DNA from: Nitrospirota bacterium
GTDB taxonomy: Bacteria > Nitrospirota > Nitrospiria > Nitrospirales > Nitrospiraceae
Reading direction: 5' to 3'
Assembly: GCA_963701855.1 (NCBI GenBank)
Contig: CAVPBK010000010.1
Span: 27,265-91,264, forward strand
DNA length: 64,000 nucleotides
The notes under the pieces are model-generated. The model searched no databases. It was not told the origin of the DNA and worked only from the letters and a program-made list of their open reading frames with translations. Shown in pieces: positions 63,297 through 64,000 of this stretch; positions within the stretch are counted from its first letter, which is position 1, and the number at the start of each line of letters is the position of its first letter. Made by a program: the position numbers and the translations under genes.

Positions 63297-63593
63297 ATGG
63301 CAACAACAACGCGACGTCACTTTACCAACGCATTCAAGTTCGAGGCCGTCCGGCTCACACGGGAATCGGGTCGGCCGGTGGCCCAGGTGGCGCGGGAGCT
63401 CGGGATTTCTGACAATGTGCTGTATCGGTGGAGGAGCGAGCAGCAGCAGGTCGAATCCCAGGGCCGCACGCGCCAGGCGGTGCGGGCCGAGCAGGGCGAG
63501 CTGACACGGCTCAGACGAGAAAACGAGACGCTGCGGAAGGAGCGGGATTTTTTAAAACGTGCGGCGGCGTTCTTCGCGAAGGAGTCCCAATGA
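63297..63593 (+). CDS. IS3 OrfA (HTH)
   Basis: RRHFTNAFKFEAV..VAQVARELGI..LYRW..LRRENETLRKERDFLKRAAAFFAKES; SD GGAGG. Confidence 0.9.
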   Translation: MATTTRRHFTNAFKFEAVRLTRESGRPVAQVARELGISDNVLYRWRSEQQQVESQGRTRQAVRAEQGELTRLRRENETLRKERDFLKRAAAFFAKESQ

Positions 63594-64000
63594 GATACCG
63601 CGCGATCCAGGAGCATGACCGTCGCTATCCGATCCGGATGATGTGCCGCGCCCTCGCGGTCTCGGCTGCGGGCTATTACGCGTGGCGGTCACGGCCTGAG
63701 AGTCCCCGGTCCGTGAGCGCTCGTGCCCTGCTCTCGGCTATTCGAGTGATCCATCAAGAGTCCCGCGAGACCTATGGCAGTCCCAGCATCTGGGATGCCC
63801 TGCTCAAACAGGGACACCGCATCGGCGAGCATCGCGTCGCGCGGCTGATGCGCCAGGACGGCATCCGAGCCAAGACGGTGAAGAAGTGGCGTGCCACCAC
63901 CCAGTCCCAGCATCGGTTCCCCGTGGCGGCGAACACCCTCAATCGCCAGTTCACGGTCGAGGCTCCAACTCGGGTCTGGGCCGGGGACATGACCTATGGT
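63590..64000 (+). CDS. IS3 OrfB transposase (partial)
   Basis: MRYRAIQEH..MCRALAVSAAGYYAW..TYGSPSI..RVARLMRQDG..NTLNRQF..WAGDMTY. Confidence 0.88.
   Translation, partial: MRYRAIQEHDRRYPIRMMCRALAVSAAGYYAWRSRPESPRSVSARALLSAIRVIHQESRETYGSPSIWDALLKQGHRIGEHRVARLMRQDGIRAKTVKKWRATTQSQHRFPVAANTLNRQFTVEAPTRVWAGDMTYG

Larger units (their letters stand above)
63234..64000 (+). mobile_element. IS3-family insertion sequence (left end; continues beyond the window)
   Basis: Left end TGACCCTCCCCTGATTTCATAGACACC; orfA and orfB typical of IS3. Confidence 0.9.

Overview
A GC-rich bacterial chromosomal segment whose gene content and intergenic repeat style suggest Nitrospira/Nitrospirota (inference, no database search). 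Core genes: a sulfur-carrier cluster (thiS-cysK-moeB-thrC-like), lon, an rlmL-like methyltransferase, mutY-mutT-exonuclease, miaB-mtaB, ampG, class II ribonucleotide reductase nrdJ (with DnaA and NrdR boxes), rlpA, a corC-like transporter, ligA, trpEGDCFBA, lolD/lolCE, lysS, prfB (+1 frameshift), lnt, pal, a 6S-like RNA, archaeal-type topoisomerase VI A/B, and an IS3 element cut off by the window end. An accessory stretch (about 7.3-18 kb) holds an orphan Rhs toxin/immunity pair, decayed YD-repeat and PilC/GspF fragments and several stress genes. The non-coding DNA is the most unusual part: at least three families of structured, MITE/REP-like repeats. One family shows compensatory base changes and brackets the gene-fragment island as an inverted pair. 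A second separates the moeB Shine-Dalgarno from its start codon and flanks trpF in inverted orientation. A third supplies the stop codons of corC and ligA. All calls come from reading motifs by eye.
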